A DNA stretch of 64,000 nucleotides from Gelidibacter maritimus (GCF_014062315.1 NZ_JACGLT010000003.1:133163-197162); one strand, 5' to 3'; shown: positions 53,354-64,000, numbered from the stretch's first letter. A program made the numbers and translations. The notes: a model not told the origin generated them from the sequence alone.

Positions 53354-53842
53354 ATGAAAAATACATGCGCTCTTTTACTAATTGGAGTTTTAATTTTAAG
53401 CTGTTCCAATAGTAATGATGACGGTATTGACTGTTCGCTTTTTGATCCAGAATTTCCACAATTGTATATTCGGTTGGTTGATGAGGCTGGTATCAACTTA
53501 CTTGAAAATGGCACATTCGACCCCGAAAACATAATTGTTGAAGCTGACTTTCCAAACCCCGGATTTCGATACATTCCACCAAATAAATATGCTGAGCCCG
53601 ATGCTGATATCAGAAGATATGATAACACTATTTTCTTGTTTATTGCCAATAAACTGAATTTTGAGTATGTAATTAATTTGAACGATACCACCGCTGTCAT
53701 TTTGGAATTTGAGTCAAGATTTGCTGAACTTCCTTGTGGAGTATCCTATTTCATTCCGACTGAACTTAAGTTTAATAATCAACATATAGAATCAGAAAAC
53801 GAAGCATCTGAACTTGTCTTTTTAGCAGAAATTAAACTATAA
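53354..53842 (+). CDS. hypothetical lipoprotein
   Basis: Lipobox ILSCSNS. No recognisable domain. Confidence 0.45.
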   Translation: MKNTCALLLIGVLILSCSNSNDDGIDCSLFDPEFPQLYIRLVDEAGINLLENGTFDPENIIVEADFPNPGFRYIPPNKYAEPDADIRRYDNTIFLFIANKLNFEYVINLNDTTAVILEFESRFAELPCGVSYFIPTELKFNNQHIESENEASELVFLAEIKL

Positions 53843-54052
53843 AAAACGGCTACAACAAAGATGCGTATAAACAGTGATTGGTACCCACTGGTTGAAAAAA
53901 CCTTAGCTTTGTTGGTGTTTTCTGATAGTAAATCTAAGGCATTAAGTAGGCCTTTTTAATAACCAACTCTTCGGATTTCTTTTTCCAACATTTAGGACTT
54001 CTAATTTATCAAAAATCATTAATTTCGCACTTCGATTAGAATAAAGGAAATA

Positions 54053-57000
54053 ATGAGATTTACTGAGTATAAAGGACTTGACTTACCGAAAGTTGCAGAG
54101 GAAATTGGCGATTATTGGAAAGAAAACGACATTTTTGATAAAAGCGTGACCACAAGGGAAGGCAAAACACCATTTGTGTTTTTTGAAGGACCGCCTTCGG
54201 CCAACGGGCTACCTGGGGTGCACCATGTTTTGGCACGTGCCATAAAAGATATTTTTCCACGTTACAAAACCATGAAAGGCTTTCAGGTAAAGCGTAAAGC
54301 AGGATGGGATACGCATGGCTTGCCAATTGAATTGGGTGTTGAAAAGGAACTTGGGATTACCAAGGAAGATATCGGTAAAACCATTTCCGTAGAAGATTAT
54401 AACGCGGCCTGTCGTAAAGCAGTCATGCGTTACACAGATGTTTGGAATGACCTTACTGAAAAAATGGGTTATTGGGTTGATATGGACAATCCGTACATTA
54501 CCTATGAGCCAAAATATATGGAGAGCGTTTGGTGGTTGCTCAAACAAATCTATGATAAAAAACTGATTTACAAAGGATACACCATTCAGCCTTATTCACC
54601 GAAAGCGGGTACGGGTTTAAGTTCTCATGAGCTCAATCAACCAGGAACCTATCAGGATGTCACGGATACAACAGCGGTGGCACAGTTTAAAGCTAAAGCC
54701 GATTCACTTCCAGATTTTCTACAAGATGAGGGCGATATCTACTTTTTGGCTTGGACGACCACGCCTTGGACATTGCCAAGTAATACCGCATTGACCGTTG
54801 GGCCTAAAATTGATTATGTGTTGGTGGAAACCTATAACCAATACACTCATGAACCACTAAATGTCATCCTGGCAAAACCTTTGGTCAATAATCAATTTGA
54901 TGGGAAGTTCAAAAGGATTGAAACGAAACCAGAGTTGTTGGAATATACCTCAGGCGATAACCTGCCTGCAGGCAAGGCGGGAAAAATCCCATATTATATT
55001 GTCAAGGAATTTAAAGGAAAAGATCTGGTTGGAATTACCTACGAGCAATTATTGCCCTATGCGCTTCCACACGAACATCCGGAAAATGCTTTTAGAGTAA
55101 TTGCTGGCGATTTTGTAACAACGGAAGATGGTACAGGAATTGTCCATACGGCGCCAACTTTTGGTGCGGATGATGCCTTGGTAGCCAAACAGGCGGTTCC
55201 AGAAATTCCACCAATGTTGGTAAAAGATGAAAATGGAAACCTGGTGCCATTGGTTGATCTACAAGGGCGATTTAGAAAGGAAGTCAAGGATGAGCTTTAC
55301 GGTTTTGCTGGAGAGTACGTCAAATCAGAATATCTGAATGATGACGAATTGGTTTCTGAATACGAAAAGCAAAAAGTGAGCTTACAATCGGTGATCTCCA
55401 ACCTTAAAGAGTATTTGAGTGTTGATGAACGTTTGGCGCTCAAATTAAAAAATGAAAATAAGGCCTTTAAGGTCGAAAAATATAAACATAGTTACCCAAA
55501 TTGCTGGCGTACAGATAAACCAATTCTGTATTACCCATTAGATTCTTGGTTCATTAAGGTAACGGATGTCAAGGATAGAATGTTTCAATTGAATGAAACC
55601 ATCAATTGGAAACCGAAATCTACTGGAACAGGTCGTTTTGGGAATTGGTTGGCCAATGCAAACGATTGGAACTTGTCACGTTCACGGTATTGGGGAATTC
55701 CATTGCCAATTTGGAGAACTGAAGATGGTAAGGAGGAAATCTGTATCGGATCGGTAGCTGAATTAAAGGCTGAGATGCAAAAAGCTGTTGAGAAGGCATT
55801 TATGTCATCTGACATTTTCGAAGATTTTGAGGTCGGCAACCAATCGGAAGATAACTACGCAAAAATAGATTTACATAAGAACATAGTTGACGAGATTGTT
55901 TTGGTGTCTCCTTCAGGAAAACCAATGAGACGTGAAGCTGATTTGATTGATGTGTGGTTTGATTCTGGTGCTATGCCCTATGCACAATGGCATTATCCGT
56001 TTGAAAATAACCAACTCATTGATGGAAAAAAAGCCTTCCCTGCCGATTTCATCGCAGAAGGTGTTGACCAAACCCGTGGCTGGTTTTATACACTGCATGC
56101 TATTGCTACCATGGTTTTTGATTCCGTTGCTTATAAAAATGTCGTTTCTAACGGATTGGTATTAGACAAAAATGGACAGAAAATGTCCAAACGATTGGGG
56201 AATGCCATAGACCCTTTTACCACTTTAGAAGACTATGGGGCGGATGCAACCCGTTGGTATATGATAGCTAATGCCAATCCGTGGGATAATTTAAAATTTG
56301 ATTTGGAAGGTATTGAAGAGGTCAAACGTAAGTTTTTTGGAACGCTTTACAACACCTATTCCTTTTTTACATTATATACCAACCTTGATAATTTCAATTA
56401 TTCAGAAGCTGATATACCTTTAAATGATCGACCAGAGATTGATCGATGGATTTTATCAGAATTACATACTCTAATCCAAAAAGTTGATGAGTATTATGCA
56501 GATTACGAACCGACAAGAGCGGCTCGTGCTATTTCAGATTTTACTCAAGACCATTTGAGTAACTGGTATGTCCGATTGAGCAGAAGACGTTTTTGGAAAG
56601 GCGATTATCAACAGGATAAGGTGTCGGCATATCAAACCTTATACACCTGTATGGTGACCATTGCAAAATTGGGTGCACCAATTTCACCGTTCTATATGGA
56701 TAGGCTTTACCTTGATTTAAATGCAGTGACTAAGAAAGAGACTTTTGAAAGTGTTCATTTGTCAGATTTTCCCGTCTATGATGAAGCGTATGTAGATAAG
56801 GAATTGGAGCGTAAAATGGAGGCCGCGCAGAGCATTTCTTCTTTGGTATTATCGTTAAGAGCGAAGGAGAAAATCAAGGTTCGGCAGCCTTTGCAGAAAA
56901 TCATGATTCCTATTTCCAATGATGCTCAGAAGAACGAGATTTTAGCAGTGGCAGATTTAATAAAATCGGAAGTCAATGTCAAAGAAATTGAAGTTTTGGA

Positions 57001-57541
57001 AGATGCTTCAGATATTTTGGTAAAGCAGATAAAACCTAACTTTAAAGTGCTTGGACCTCGTTTTGGAAAGGACATGAAAGCTGTAGCTCAGGTGATTAGC
57101 GGTTTCGACGCTGCAAATATCAGAGAAATAGAACAAAACGGTACTTTAGATATGGAAGTTAATGGAAAAAGTATTAAATTGGAGCTTTCTGATGTAGAAA
57201 TTACCTCACAAGATATTGAAGGATGGCTTGTTGCAAGTTCAGGCCCATTAACAGTAGCCCTAGATGTGACTATTACAGATGAATTAAGAAAGGAAGGGAT
57301 TGCAAGAGAATTGGTAAACCGGATCCAAAATTTAAGAAAAGATTCGGGATATGAGCTTACTGATCGTATTGTAGTTCACTTCCAGAAAGATGAACCTATT
57401 ATTAACGCAATAAACAAGAACTTAGATTACATAAAAACCGAAACCTTAACCGAAGAGTTGGAAATTTTGGAACACTTAAATGACGGTATAGAAATTGCTT
57501 TTGATGATGTAAATACCAAGTTGTTTATTAAAAAATTTTAA
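54053..57541 (+). CDS. ileS: isoleucyl-tRNA synthetase (long Bacteroidota type)
   Basis: HIGH-motif region (PPSANGLPGVHHVL), KMSKS (KMSKRLGN), and an editing domain. Length 1162 aa. Confidence 0.95.
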   Translation: MRFTEYKGLDLPKVAEEIGDYWKENDIFDKSVTTREGKTPFVFFEGPPSANGLPGVHHVLARAIKDIFPRYKTMKGFQVKRKAGWDTHGLPIELGVEKELGITKEDIGKTISVEDYNAACRKAVMRYTDVWNDLTEKMGYWVDMDNPYITYEPKYMESVWWLLKQIYDKKLIYKGYTIQPYSPKAGTGLSSHELNQPGTYQDVTDTTAVAQFKAKADSLPDFLQDEGDIYFLAWTTTPWTLPSNTALTVGPKIDYVLVETYNQYTHEPLNVILAKPLVNNQFDGKFKRIETKPELLEYTSGDNLPAGKAGKIPYYIVKEFKGKDLVGITYEQLLPYALPHEHPENAFRVIAGDFVTTEDGTGIVHTAPTFGADDALVAKQAVPEIPPMLVKDENGNLVPLVDLQGRFRKEVKDELYGFAGEYVKSEYLNDDELVSEYEKQKVSLQSVISNLKEYLSVDERLALKLKNENKAFKVEKYKHSYPNCWRTDKPILYYPLDSWFIKVTDVKDRMFQLNETINWKPKSTGTGRFGNWLANANDWNLSRSRYWGIPLPIWRTEDGKEEICIGSVAELKAEMQKAVEKAFMSSDIFEDFEVGNQSEDNYAKIDLHKNIVDEIVLVSPSGKPMRREADLIDVWFDSGAMPYAQWHYPFENNQLIDGKKAFPADFIAEGVDQTRGWFYTLHAIATMVFDSVAYKNVVSNGLVLDKNGQKMSKRLGNAIDPFTTLEDYGADATRWYMIANANPWDNLKFDLEGIEEVKRKFFGTLYNTYSFFTLYTNLDNFNYSEADIPLNDRPEIDRWILSELHTLIQKVDEYYADYEPTRAARAISDFTQDHLSNWYVRLSRRRFWKGDYQQDKVSAYQTLYTCMVTIAKLGAPISPFYMDRLYLDLNAVTKKETFESVHLSDFPVYDEAYVDKELERKMEAAQSISSLVLSLRAKEKIKVRQPLQKIMIPISNDAQKNEILAVADLIKSEVNVKEIEVLEDASDILVKQIKPNFKVLGPRFGKDMKAVAQVISGFDAANIREIEQNGTLDMEVNGKSIKLELSDVEITSQDIEGWLVASSGPLTVALDVTITDELRKEGIARELVNRIQNLRKDSGYELTDRIVVHFQKDEPIINAINKNLDYIKTETLTEELEILEHLNDGIEIAFDDVNTKLFIKKF

Positions 57542-57545
57542 AATT

Positions 57546-57929
57546 ATGGCTGTAGATGCAAACGTTAGATATTCTGATAAAGATTTAGCAGAATTTAAAG
57601 TGTTGATTCAAGATAAAATTGAAAAAGCAGAACGAGATTTAGACCTGATCAAGAGTGCGTACATGAATGACCTCAACAATGGTACAGATGATACGTCGCC
57701 TACCTTTAAGGCCTTTGAAGAAGGTAGCGAAACGATGAGTAAAGAAGCCAACTCGCAATTGGCAATTCGTCAAGAGAAATTTATTAGAGACCTCAAAAAC
57801 GCCTTGATACGCATTGAAAACAAAACCTACGGGGTGTGTCGAGTTACTGGGAAGCTTATTGGTAAAGAGCGTTTAAAGCTGGTGCCGCACGCTACCTTGA
57901 GCATTGAAGCTAAAAACATGCAACAGTAA
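57546..57929 (+). CDS. DksA/TraR-family C4-type zinc-finger protein
   Basis: C-terminal CRVTGK....RL...P.A, short and coiled-coil-rich. The ileS-traR-lspA order is conserved. Confidence 0.7.
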   Translation: MAVDANVRYSDKDLAEFKVLIQDKIEKAERDLDLIKSAYMNDLNNGTDDTSPTFKAFEEGSETMSKEANSQLAIRQEKFIRDLKNALIRIENKTYGVCRVTGKLIGKERLKLVPHATLSIEAKNMQQ

Positions 57930-58002
57930 CATTCTGATAAAAATAAGAAAGCGAAGATCTAGCACCGCTGATCTCATAAAGATATTTGGGCTTTTAAAAT
58001 AA

Positions 58003-58036
58003 AAAACACTTCTTAATACAGGAGTGTTTTTTTTAT
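58003..58036 (+). terminator. rho-independent terminator after the DksA/TraR-family gene
   Basis: AACACT(TC) / (GG)AGTGTT stem followed by T8. Confidence 0.65.
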
Positions 58037-58411
58037 CGGCCATACCAAGTTATACACTCAAATGTCTCACAAAATGAGGCGCTTATAGTTGGTTGGATGC
58101 CAATAATTGGGCCATAGCTAAAACCTTCCTTAATTTTTATTTAAAAAACCTGCCTACTATCGATAGCTTTAGCCTAGGGGGAACGTATCAAGTTAAAAGT
58201 GTTATGTAGTATTTAAAAGCGACCTTACTTTCTGTATGACATGGTAAAATAAAATTAGTATTAAAAAAAATCATATTTTTAACTCGACAATTAAAAAACT
58301 AATGGGTATAATACTATTTTTACACTTTAGAAAAAGCTTGCTACTATTGAAACTGTAAGAGTTTCAAATATAATTGTCATTAACAAAGATTCCACTTTCG
58401 TAGGAAAAACT

Positions 58412-59068
58412 ATGTCCCTAAAAAAAGCGACCCTTTTAATCATCATTATTTTATTGATTGATCAAATTAGTAAGTTTTATATTAAAACCCACTTTGTCCT
58501 ACACCATAGAGTTGAAGTGTTCGACTGGTTTCACATCTTATTTGTTGAAAATGATGGGATGGCTTGGGGTACAAAACTGAGCGATTTTATAGTTGGTATT
58601 TCAGATCGTACGGCAAAACTGGCATTGACCATTTTTCGTATTGTAGCGGTAATTGGCATTGGCTATTGGTTGGTAACTTCGGCAAGAAAAAGGGGACCTC
58701 ATATCCTCATTGTGGCCATAGCCTTAATTTTTGCCGGTGCCTTGGGCAATATCATCGATTCGGTTTTTTATGGGATCATTTTCGACGATAGTTATAATCA
58801 GGTGGCGTCGTTTCTTCCAAAATCAGGATATGATACCTTATTTCACGGAAAGGTAGTAGATATGCTGCATTTTCCAATTTGGAAAGGCATTCTGCCCGAT
58901 TGGATCCCGTTCTGGGGAGGTGATTATTTTACTTTTTTCGAACCCGTCTTTAATGTAGCCGATATGGCCATTAGTACAGGAATTGGAATGTTGATTGTCT
59001 TCAATAAAAAAGCATTTCATCAAGATAAAGAAGAAATTATCGAGACTGTTTATGTTGAGAAAGAATAA
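58412..59068 (+). CDS. lspA: lipoprotein signal peptidase (signal peptidase II)
   Basis: Four TM segments and conserved NxGxAFG- and FNVAD-type motifs (WGTKL, FNVADMAISTG). Confidence 0.85.
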   Translation: MSLKKATLLIIIILLIDQISKFYIKTHFVLHHRVEVFDWFHILFVENDGMAWGTKLSDFIVGISDRTAKLALTIFRIVAVIGIGYWLVTSARKRGPHILIVAIALIFAGALGNIIDSVFYGIIFDDSYNQVASFLPKSGYDTLFHGKVVDMLHFPIWKGILPDWIPFWGGDYFTFFEPVFNVADMAISTGIGMLIVFNKKAFHQDKEEIIETVYVEKE

Positions 59069-59637
59069 ATAGTATTTGGAGTTACGCAATAATCTAAAGC
59101 CACATCACTTTCAAAAACATCGTCAATGCTGTCTTCGGCTTCAAAGAAAGATAGCCCTATTTTAAGAGTTTCAGGTTGACACTCTGAAAGAAAATTATCG
59201 TAAAATCCTTTGCCATAGCCAACACGATGTCCGTGCTTGTCAAAGGCTAAAAGTGGCACAAAAACTACATTTATTTTATCAGAATCAATCTCAATTCCGT
59301 CAACTGGCTCAGGAATATTCCAGTCGTTTTTTTTGATCACAGTAGTATCCAATAAGAGATAATGAATCATGCGCAAACTCTCAAAATCAGTTTTTGAGAT
59401 GACTATGTTTTTATCCTTTCCTGATAAAATATTCAGGATATAATCAGTATTGATTTCTTTGTGCTCCGTAATGCTCAAAAAAACGTGATAAAACGATACC
59501 TTCCAAATGGGAAGTTGCAGCAACTGGTTGGCAATGGTCAGACTGAACGTTTCAATGGCTTCTGAAGAAAGTGCACTACGCTTTTTTTTATACAGTCGTC
59601 TTAATTCTGATTTCGTCATAACTATTCCATTAATCAC
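59050..59637 (-). CDS. 5-formyltetrahydrofolate cyclo-ligase
   Basis: VVFVPLLAFDKHGHRVGYGKGFYD is the 5-FCL signature. Confidence 0.85.
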   Translation of the reverse strand: MINGIVMTKSELRRLYKKKRSALSSEAIETFSLTIANQLLQLPIWKVSFYHVFLSITEHKEINTDYILNILSGKDKNIVISKTDFESLRMIHYLLLDTTVIKKNDWNIPEPVDGIEIDSDKINVVFVPLLAFDKHGHRVGYGKGFYDNFLSECQPETLKIGLSFFEAEDSIDDVFESDVALDYCVTPNTIYSFST

Positions 59638-60604
59638 TTACCACTTTTGTTATGTGAAAAAGTGCATCACCTTGATAAACCAAAGAGGCTTCGTTTACAT
59701 TTATAACATAGCCTTCAAGTGTCGTTTTGACTTCGTGGTACACCTTGCCGTAGGGATCTGTAATTTGACCCAAAACATCATCCACCTTTACTTTGGTGTT
59801 TACAGAGACTACAGATTTGAACATCCCAGATTGCTTAGCTCTGATCCACTTGCTCTCTTCAATAAAAACGGTGGGCAACTTTGGTCTATTAGCTTTAATA
59901 CGATGATGTAACATATCATAATGTGCCAAAATACGCTTCACACCTTCCACGCCAACTTTGGAGATGTTATCATCCACAAAAAATGACTTCCCTCCTTCAT
60001 AAAGTAAAATCGGTTTGCCCAGTTGAAAGCAGGCATTTCTAAAGGATTTCGCGATATGGTTGGAGTACAAGACAAATGGCGCTCCAAAAACACGGGCTAA
60101 ATCATCAAGTTCTGGGTGATTTTTAACAATTCGTATCTGTGCGGCATTAAATCGGCTCGCGCCACCGGTATGGAAATCGATAATCAAATCCACATCTGGA
60201 ATAATCTCATGCATCAACCTATGGGCAACACGGCTTGCCAAAGACCCATTGGCAGATCCTGGAAACATCCTGTTCAGATCCCGTCCATCGGGAAATGCGC
60301 GTTTGCTATTTAAAAACCCGAAAATATTTAAAATCGGCATACAAATGATGGTGCCACGTTTTGGTCGATTGATACGTCTTGCAATCAATTGCCTAACAAT
60401 ATCAACACCATTTATCTCATCACCATGGATGCCCGCAGAAAATAAAATGGTAGGTCCCGGGGTTTTTGAGCGTTCAATAATTATCGGAATTTCAATCTTT
60501 GTGGCGGTGTGGAGTTTCGCAATATTAAAATTAATTTCCCTTGAGGCACCTAACGGAATTTCCTCACCTAAAATGGTGATACTATCTTTATTTTCTTTCA
60601 ACAT
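59630..60604 (-). CDS. succinylglutamate desuccinylase / aspartoacylase (AstE/AspA, M14-like) family deacylase
   Basis: SAGIHGDEINGV (HxxE zinc motif), ...DFH...G region. Overlaps the 5-FCL gene by 8 bp. Confidence 0.75.
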   Translation of the reverse strand: MLKENKDSITILGEEIPLGASREINFNIAKLHTATKIEIPIIIERSKTPGPTILFSAGIHGDEINGVDIVRQLIARRINRPKRGTIICMPILNIFGFLNSKRAFPDGRDLNRMFPGSANGSLASRVAHRLMHEIIPDVDLIIDFHTGGASRFNAAQIRIVKNHPELDDLARVFGAPFVLYSNHIAKSFRNACFQLGKPILLYEGGKSFFVDDNISKVGVEGVKRILAHYDMLHHRIKANRPKLPTVFIEESKWIRAKQSGMFKSVVSVNTKVKVDDVLGQITDPYGKVYHEVKTTLEGYVINVNEASLVYQGDALFHITKVVSD

Positions 60605-60612
60605 AATTCAAG

Positions 60613-61485
60613 TTAAACGTTACGTTCAATATATCTTATGATGCTTTTGGCGATATCTTTTTTTGTGGCAGATTCAATGCCTTCCAGTCCAGGAGATGAA
60701 TTAACCTCCAAAATTAATGGACCTCTTGCCGATTGTAACATATCCACGCCGCAAACCCCCAATCCGAGTGCCTTAGCCGCTTTTAGGGCGGCATTTTCTT
60801 CTTCGTCAGTCAGCTGAATGATTTCTGCACTACCACCTCTGTGGAGATTGGATCTGAACTCCCCATCCTTCCCTTGTCGTTTCATGGCCCCTACAATATT
60901 GCCGTCTACAATAAAAGCTCGGATATCTGCACCTTTGGCCTCTTTGATGAATTCTTGGATAATGACCCGCGCCTGCAATCCGTGAAAAGCTTCAATTACA
61001 GATTCCGCCGCATTGTTGGTTTCTGCCAGTACAACACCCAGACCTTGGGTACCTTCTAAAAGCTTGATCACCAAAGGTGCGCCACCCACCGAGGCGATGA
61101 CCTCAGCAACATCTTTAGTGTAATTTGAAAACACCGTTTTAGGCATGCCCAATCCCGCACGCGAAAGCACCTGAAGACTTCTCAATTTGTCCCGAGATCT
61201 TACCAAGGCTTGAGATTCTACCACAGAAAACACTTTCATCATTTCAAACTGTCGTACTACCGCCGTCCCGTAAAATGTAACTGAAGCACCAATTCTTGGA
61301 ATGATAGCATCGATATTTTCTAAAATACGCCCCTTGTACAGGATGGCAGGGTTTTTCTTTTCAATAATGATATCACATTTCAATGGGTCAATCACCTCGC
61401 ATGTATGTTTGCGTTGTTTGGCGGCCTCCACAAGCCGTTGAGTAGAATATAAATGAGGGTTTCTGGATAAAATAATAATGTTCAT
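60613..61485 (-). CDS. rimK: RimK-family ATP-grasp alpha-L-glutamate ligase
   Basis: ATP-grasp motifs ([17 protein letters not shown], ...NLHRGG...) and overall RimK length. Confidence 0.85.
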   Translation of the reverse strand: MNIIILSRNPHLYSTQRLVEAAKQRKHTCEVIDPLKCDIIIEKKNPAILYKGRILENIDAIIPRIGASVTFYGTAVVRQFEMMKVFSVVESQALVRSRDKLRSLQVLSRAGLGMPKTVFSNYTKDVAEVIASVGGAPLVIKLLEGTQGLGVVLAETNNAAESVIEAFHGLQARVIIQEFIKEAKGADIRAFIVDGNIVGAMKRQGKDGEFRSNLHRGGSAEIIQLTDEEENAALKAAKALGLGVCGVDMLQSARGPLILEVNSSPGLEGIESATKKDIAKSIIRYIERNV

Positions 61486-61555
61486 TGGGTCTAATTTGCT
61501 TTAAATTATTAGTTATAAGTATTAATGTGAAGACATAACGGTACTCACCCAATGC

Positions 61556-62008
61556 TTATTTGTTTTTGTTGTTATAAGATATGTTTTTTTGGGTTACATC
61601 CACGATAAACTTTTTGCTTATAAATTTCCGACCAATTAGAATCGGAAATCGCATGTCCTCTCTCGTGCTTAAAGTAAGCGAGATACGGTATTTTTTTTCA
61701 AATAAAATTATGGTGGTCTTTACTTTATAGCGTTCTTGGACAAGACCATTGCTACTCTTGACTTTTGCCAAGGTATAGTCTTTAAATCGGATTTCCTTTC
61801 CGTTATAATGCGGATGGCCTTTATCATAGAACAAACACACCAATTCGTCATTGTCAATCCAAACTTTATGGGTATGGATGGAAGAGGTATAGGCACCTGT
61901 GTCTATTTTGATGTCAATATCAAAAAGATCAAGTGCAGGGAAATCTGCTTTATCTGTTCTGCCTATAGTCTTTTTGGGCATCTTTGGTAATTTCAATTGG
62001 GGTCGCAA
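61556..62008 (-). CDS. RimK-associated retropepsin-like 'ATP-dependent zinc protease' domain protein
   Basis: IKIDTGAYTSSIH (a D-T-G-A aspartic-protease-like motif). Its size and position next to rimK match the Zn_protease/DUF785 family. Confidence 0.65.
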   Translation of the reverse strand: MRPQLKLPKMPKKTIGRTDKADFPALDLFDIDIKIDTGAYTSSIHTHKVWIDNDELVCLFYDKGHPHYNGKEIRFKDYTLAKVKSSNGLVQERYKVKTTIILFEKKYRISLTLSTREDMRFPILIGRKFISKKFIVDVTQKNISYNNKNK

Positions 62009-62089
62009 GATAATAAAAAATCATGCCTTTATAGAAAGTCTTAAAATCCTTTCCATTGAAAAGTTTTGAAGATATAGTATCTTTGATTT

Positions 62090-63880
62090 ATGAGTAAGCC
62101 TACTTTAGAAATCCAATTGCAGACCTTGCCCCATCAACCTGGGGTGTATCAATATTTTGATGCCAATGGTAAGCTTTTATACGTAGGTAAAGCCAAGGAC
62201 TTGAAAAAACGAGTCAGTTCTTATTTTACTAAACAGCATGATTTTGGGAAGACCAAAGTACTGGTTAAAAAAATAGCCACCATTAAACATATTGTGGTTG
62301 AGACGGAGACGGATGCCTTGCTTCTTGAGAACAATCTCATTAAAAAATACCAACCACGTTACAATGTCTTGCTCAAAGATGACAAATCCTATCCGTGGAT
62401 CTGCATCAAGAAAGAGCGCTTTCCTAGAGTGTTTTCTACCCGTCGGATGATTAAGGATGGTTCAGAATACTTTGGACCGTACACGAGTATGAAGACGGTA
62501 AAAACACTTCTTGATCTCATTAAAGGCGTCTATATGCTAAGAACCTGTAATTATGACTTGGCGCAAGATAAGATCGATGCCGGAAAATTTAAGGTCTGTC
62601 TGGAATATCATTTGGGCAATTGCAAAGGTCCGTGTGAGGGCTATCAATCGGAAGCCGATTATCAAGAAGATATTGCAGCCATAAGGGAAATCTTAAAAGG
62701 AAATTTCAAGGATTCGTTATCGCAATTCAAACGTCAAATGAAAGCGCATGCTGAGGTTATGGAATTTGAAGCGGCTCAACGCATCAAGGAGAAAATTGAT
62801 ATTCTTGAAAATTACCAGTCAAAATCCACTGTGGTCAATCCCAAAATCAGTAATGTTGATGTGTTTTCAATAGTTTCTGATGAGGGTTATGCTTATATTA
62901 ATTTCCTGCAGCTGTCTTACGGGTCCATCATTCGTTCGCATACTATGGAAATCAAAAAGAAACTGGACGAAACAGATGAGGAATTGCTGCAGCTGGCCAT
63001 TACTGAAATCAGACAGCGGTTCCACTCTATCTGTAAGGAGGTTTTTGTGCCTTTTGAAGTTGATTTAGGTGAAGACCTTAAAGTTACCGTTCCGAAATTG
63101 GGTGATAAAAAACGAATTTTAGATCTGTCAGAACGCAATGCCAAATATTACCGGATGGAACGTTTCAAGCAAGTCAAGATTATTGACCCTGACCGTCACG
63201 CCAATCGGATCATGGCACAAATGAAGACCGATTTACGTCTTAAGGAAGAGCCGCGCCATATTGAATGTTTTGACAACTCCAATATACAAGGTACCAATCC
63301 AGTGGCGGCCTGTGTCGTTTTTAAAAACGGTAAACCGAGCAAAAAGGACTATCGCCATTTTAATATCAAAACCGTTGATGGCCCTGATGATTTTGCTTCC
63401 ATGGAAGAGGTGGTGTACCGACGGTACAAACGCTTATTGGAAGAAGAACAGCCCTTGCCACAACTCATCATTATTGATGGAGGCAAAGGTCAATTGTCCT
63501 CCGCCTTAAAAAGTCTGGAGCTATTAAATTTAAGAGGAAAAATTGCGATCATCGGAATTGCGAAACGTTTGGAAGAATTATTCTATCCAGATGATCCAAT
63601 TCCCCTATATTTAGATAAAAAAAGCGAAACCTTAAAAGTCATTCAGCAATTGCGGAATGAAGCCCATCGGTTTGGGATTGAACACCACCGTAATAAACGC
63701 AGCAAAGGAGCTCTGACCACAGAGTTGGAGTTGATACCTGGAATTGGAGAACAATCTATTGTGCAATTAATGACGCATTTTAAAACAGTTAAACGGATCA
63801 GTAAAGCGAGCTTTGAAGAGCTGGAACCAGTTATAGGGGCTTCAAGAGCAAAAAAGATACTTGACTTTTATAACAAATAG
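62090..63880 (+). CDS. uvrC: excinuclease ABC subunit C
   Basis: GIY-YIG motif (GVYQYFDANGKLLYVGKAKDLKKR), UvrBC-interaction region, RNase-H-like domain and (HhH)2 domain. Confidence 0.95.
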   Translation: MSKPTLEIQLQTLPHQPGVYQYFDANGKLLYVGKAKDLKKRVSSYFTKQHDFGKTKVLVKKIATIKHIVVETETDALLLENNLIKKYQPRYNVLLKDDKSYPWICIKKERFPRVFSTRRMIKDGSEYFGPYTSMKTVKTLLDLIKGVYMLRTCNYDLAQDKIDAGKFKVCLEYHLGNCKGPCEGYQSEADYQEDIAAIREILKGNFKDSLSQFKRQMKAHAEVMEFEAAQRIKEKIDILENYQSKSTVVNPKISNVDVFSIVSDEGYAYINFLQLSYGSIIRSHTMEIKKKLDETDEELLQLAITEIRQRFHSICKEVFVPFEVDLGEDLKVTVPKLGDKKRILDLSERNAKYYRMERFKQVKIIDPDRHANRIMAQMKTDLRLKEEPRHIECFDNSNIQGTNPVAACVVFKNGKPSKKDYRHFNIKTVDGPDDFASMEEVVYRRYKRLLEEEQPLPQLIIIDGGKGQLSSALKSLELLNLRGKIAIIGIAKRLEELFYPDDPIPLYLDKKSETLKVIQQLRNEAHRFGIEHHRNKRSKGALTTELELIPGIGEQSIVQLMTHFKTVKRISKASFEELEPVIGASRAKKILDFYNK

Positions 63881-64000
63881 AGTACCTTGTTTGTATATAG
63901 ATTAATCAACAAAACCCTCATAATAAAGTGTTGGAGACTGTAGATTCTAATAATAAAGCATTTGAAAAAACTCACATACATCATTGTTTTTATGTTGTTT

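Overview
The window looks like a chromosomal segment from a low-GC Bacteroidota genome, most likely Flavobacteriaceae. Three things point that way: proteins with type IX secretion (T9SS) C-terminal sorting domains, a PorZ-like propeller protein, and the panC / short glgA-like / DUF4270 / glmS gene block.

About 50 genes are tightly packed on both strands and most are core housekeeping. These include metG, ileS, glmS, gdhA, atpDC, panCD, nadD-gmk-yicC, recO, recX, radA, uvrC and lspA.

I found no transposase or integrase, no CRISPR array, and no tRNA or rRNA genes. Several hairpin-plus-T-run terminators are clear.

The parts not explained by ordinary housekeeping are:
- a divergent 613-aa protein with NMO/PfaD-like TIM-barrel motifs, preceded by a perfect 14-bp palindrome, after a 495-bp non-coding gap;
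- a 450-bp convergent intergenic region filled with direct repeats and microsatellites between recX and an outer-membrane protein gene;
- a 1517-aa T9SS cargo protein with tandem 129-residue repeats, a choice-of-anchor-D domain, an IPT/TIG domain and a lamin-tail domain;
- a RimK / M14 AstE-AspA deacylase / retropepsin-like 'Zn-protease' gene cluster;
- an NlpE-N plus META-domain lipoprotein pair;
- a TonB-dependent receptor followed by an SGNH-hydrolase lipoprotein, and tandem paralogous secreted esterases.

I do not see an unambiguous novel defence or mobile system. The candidates most worth experimental follow-up are the NMO-like protein with its palindrome and the RimK-associated cluster.
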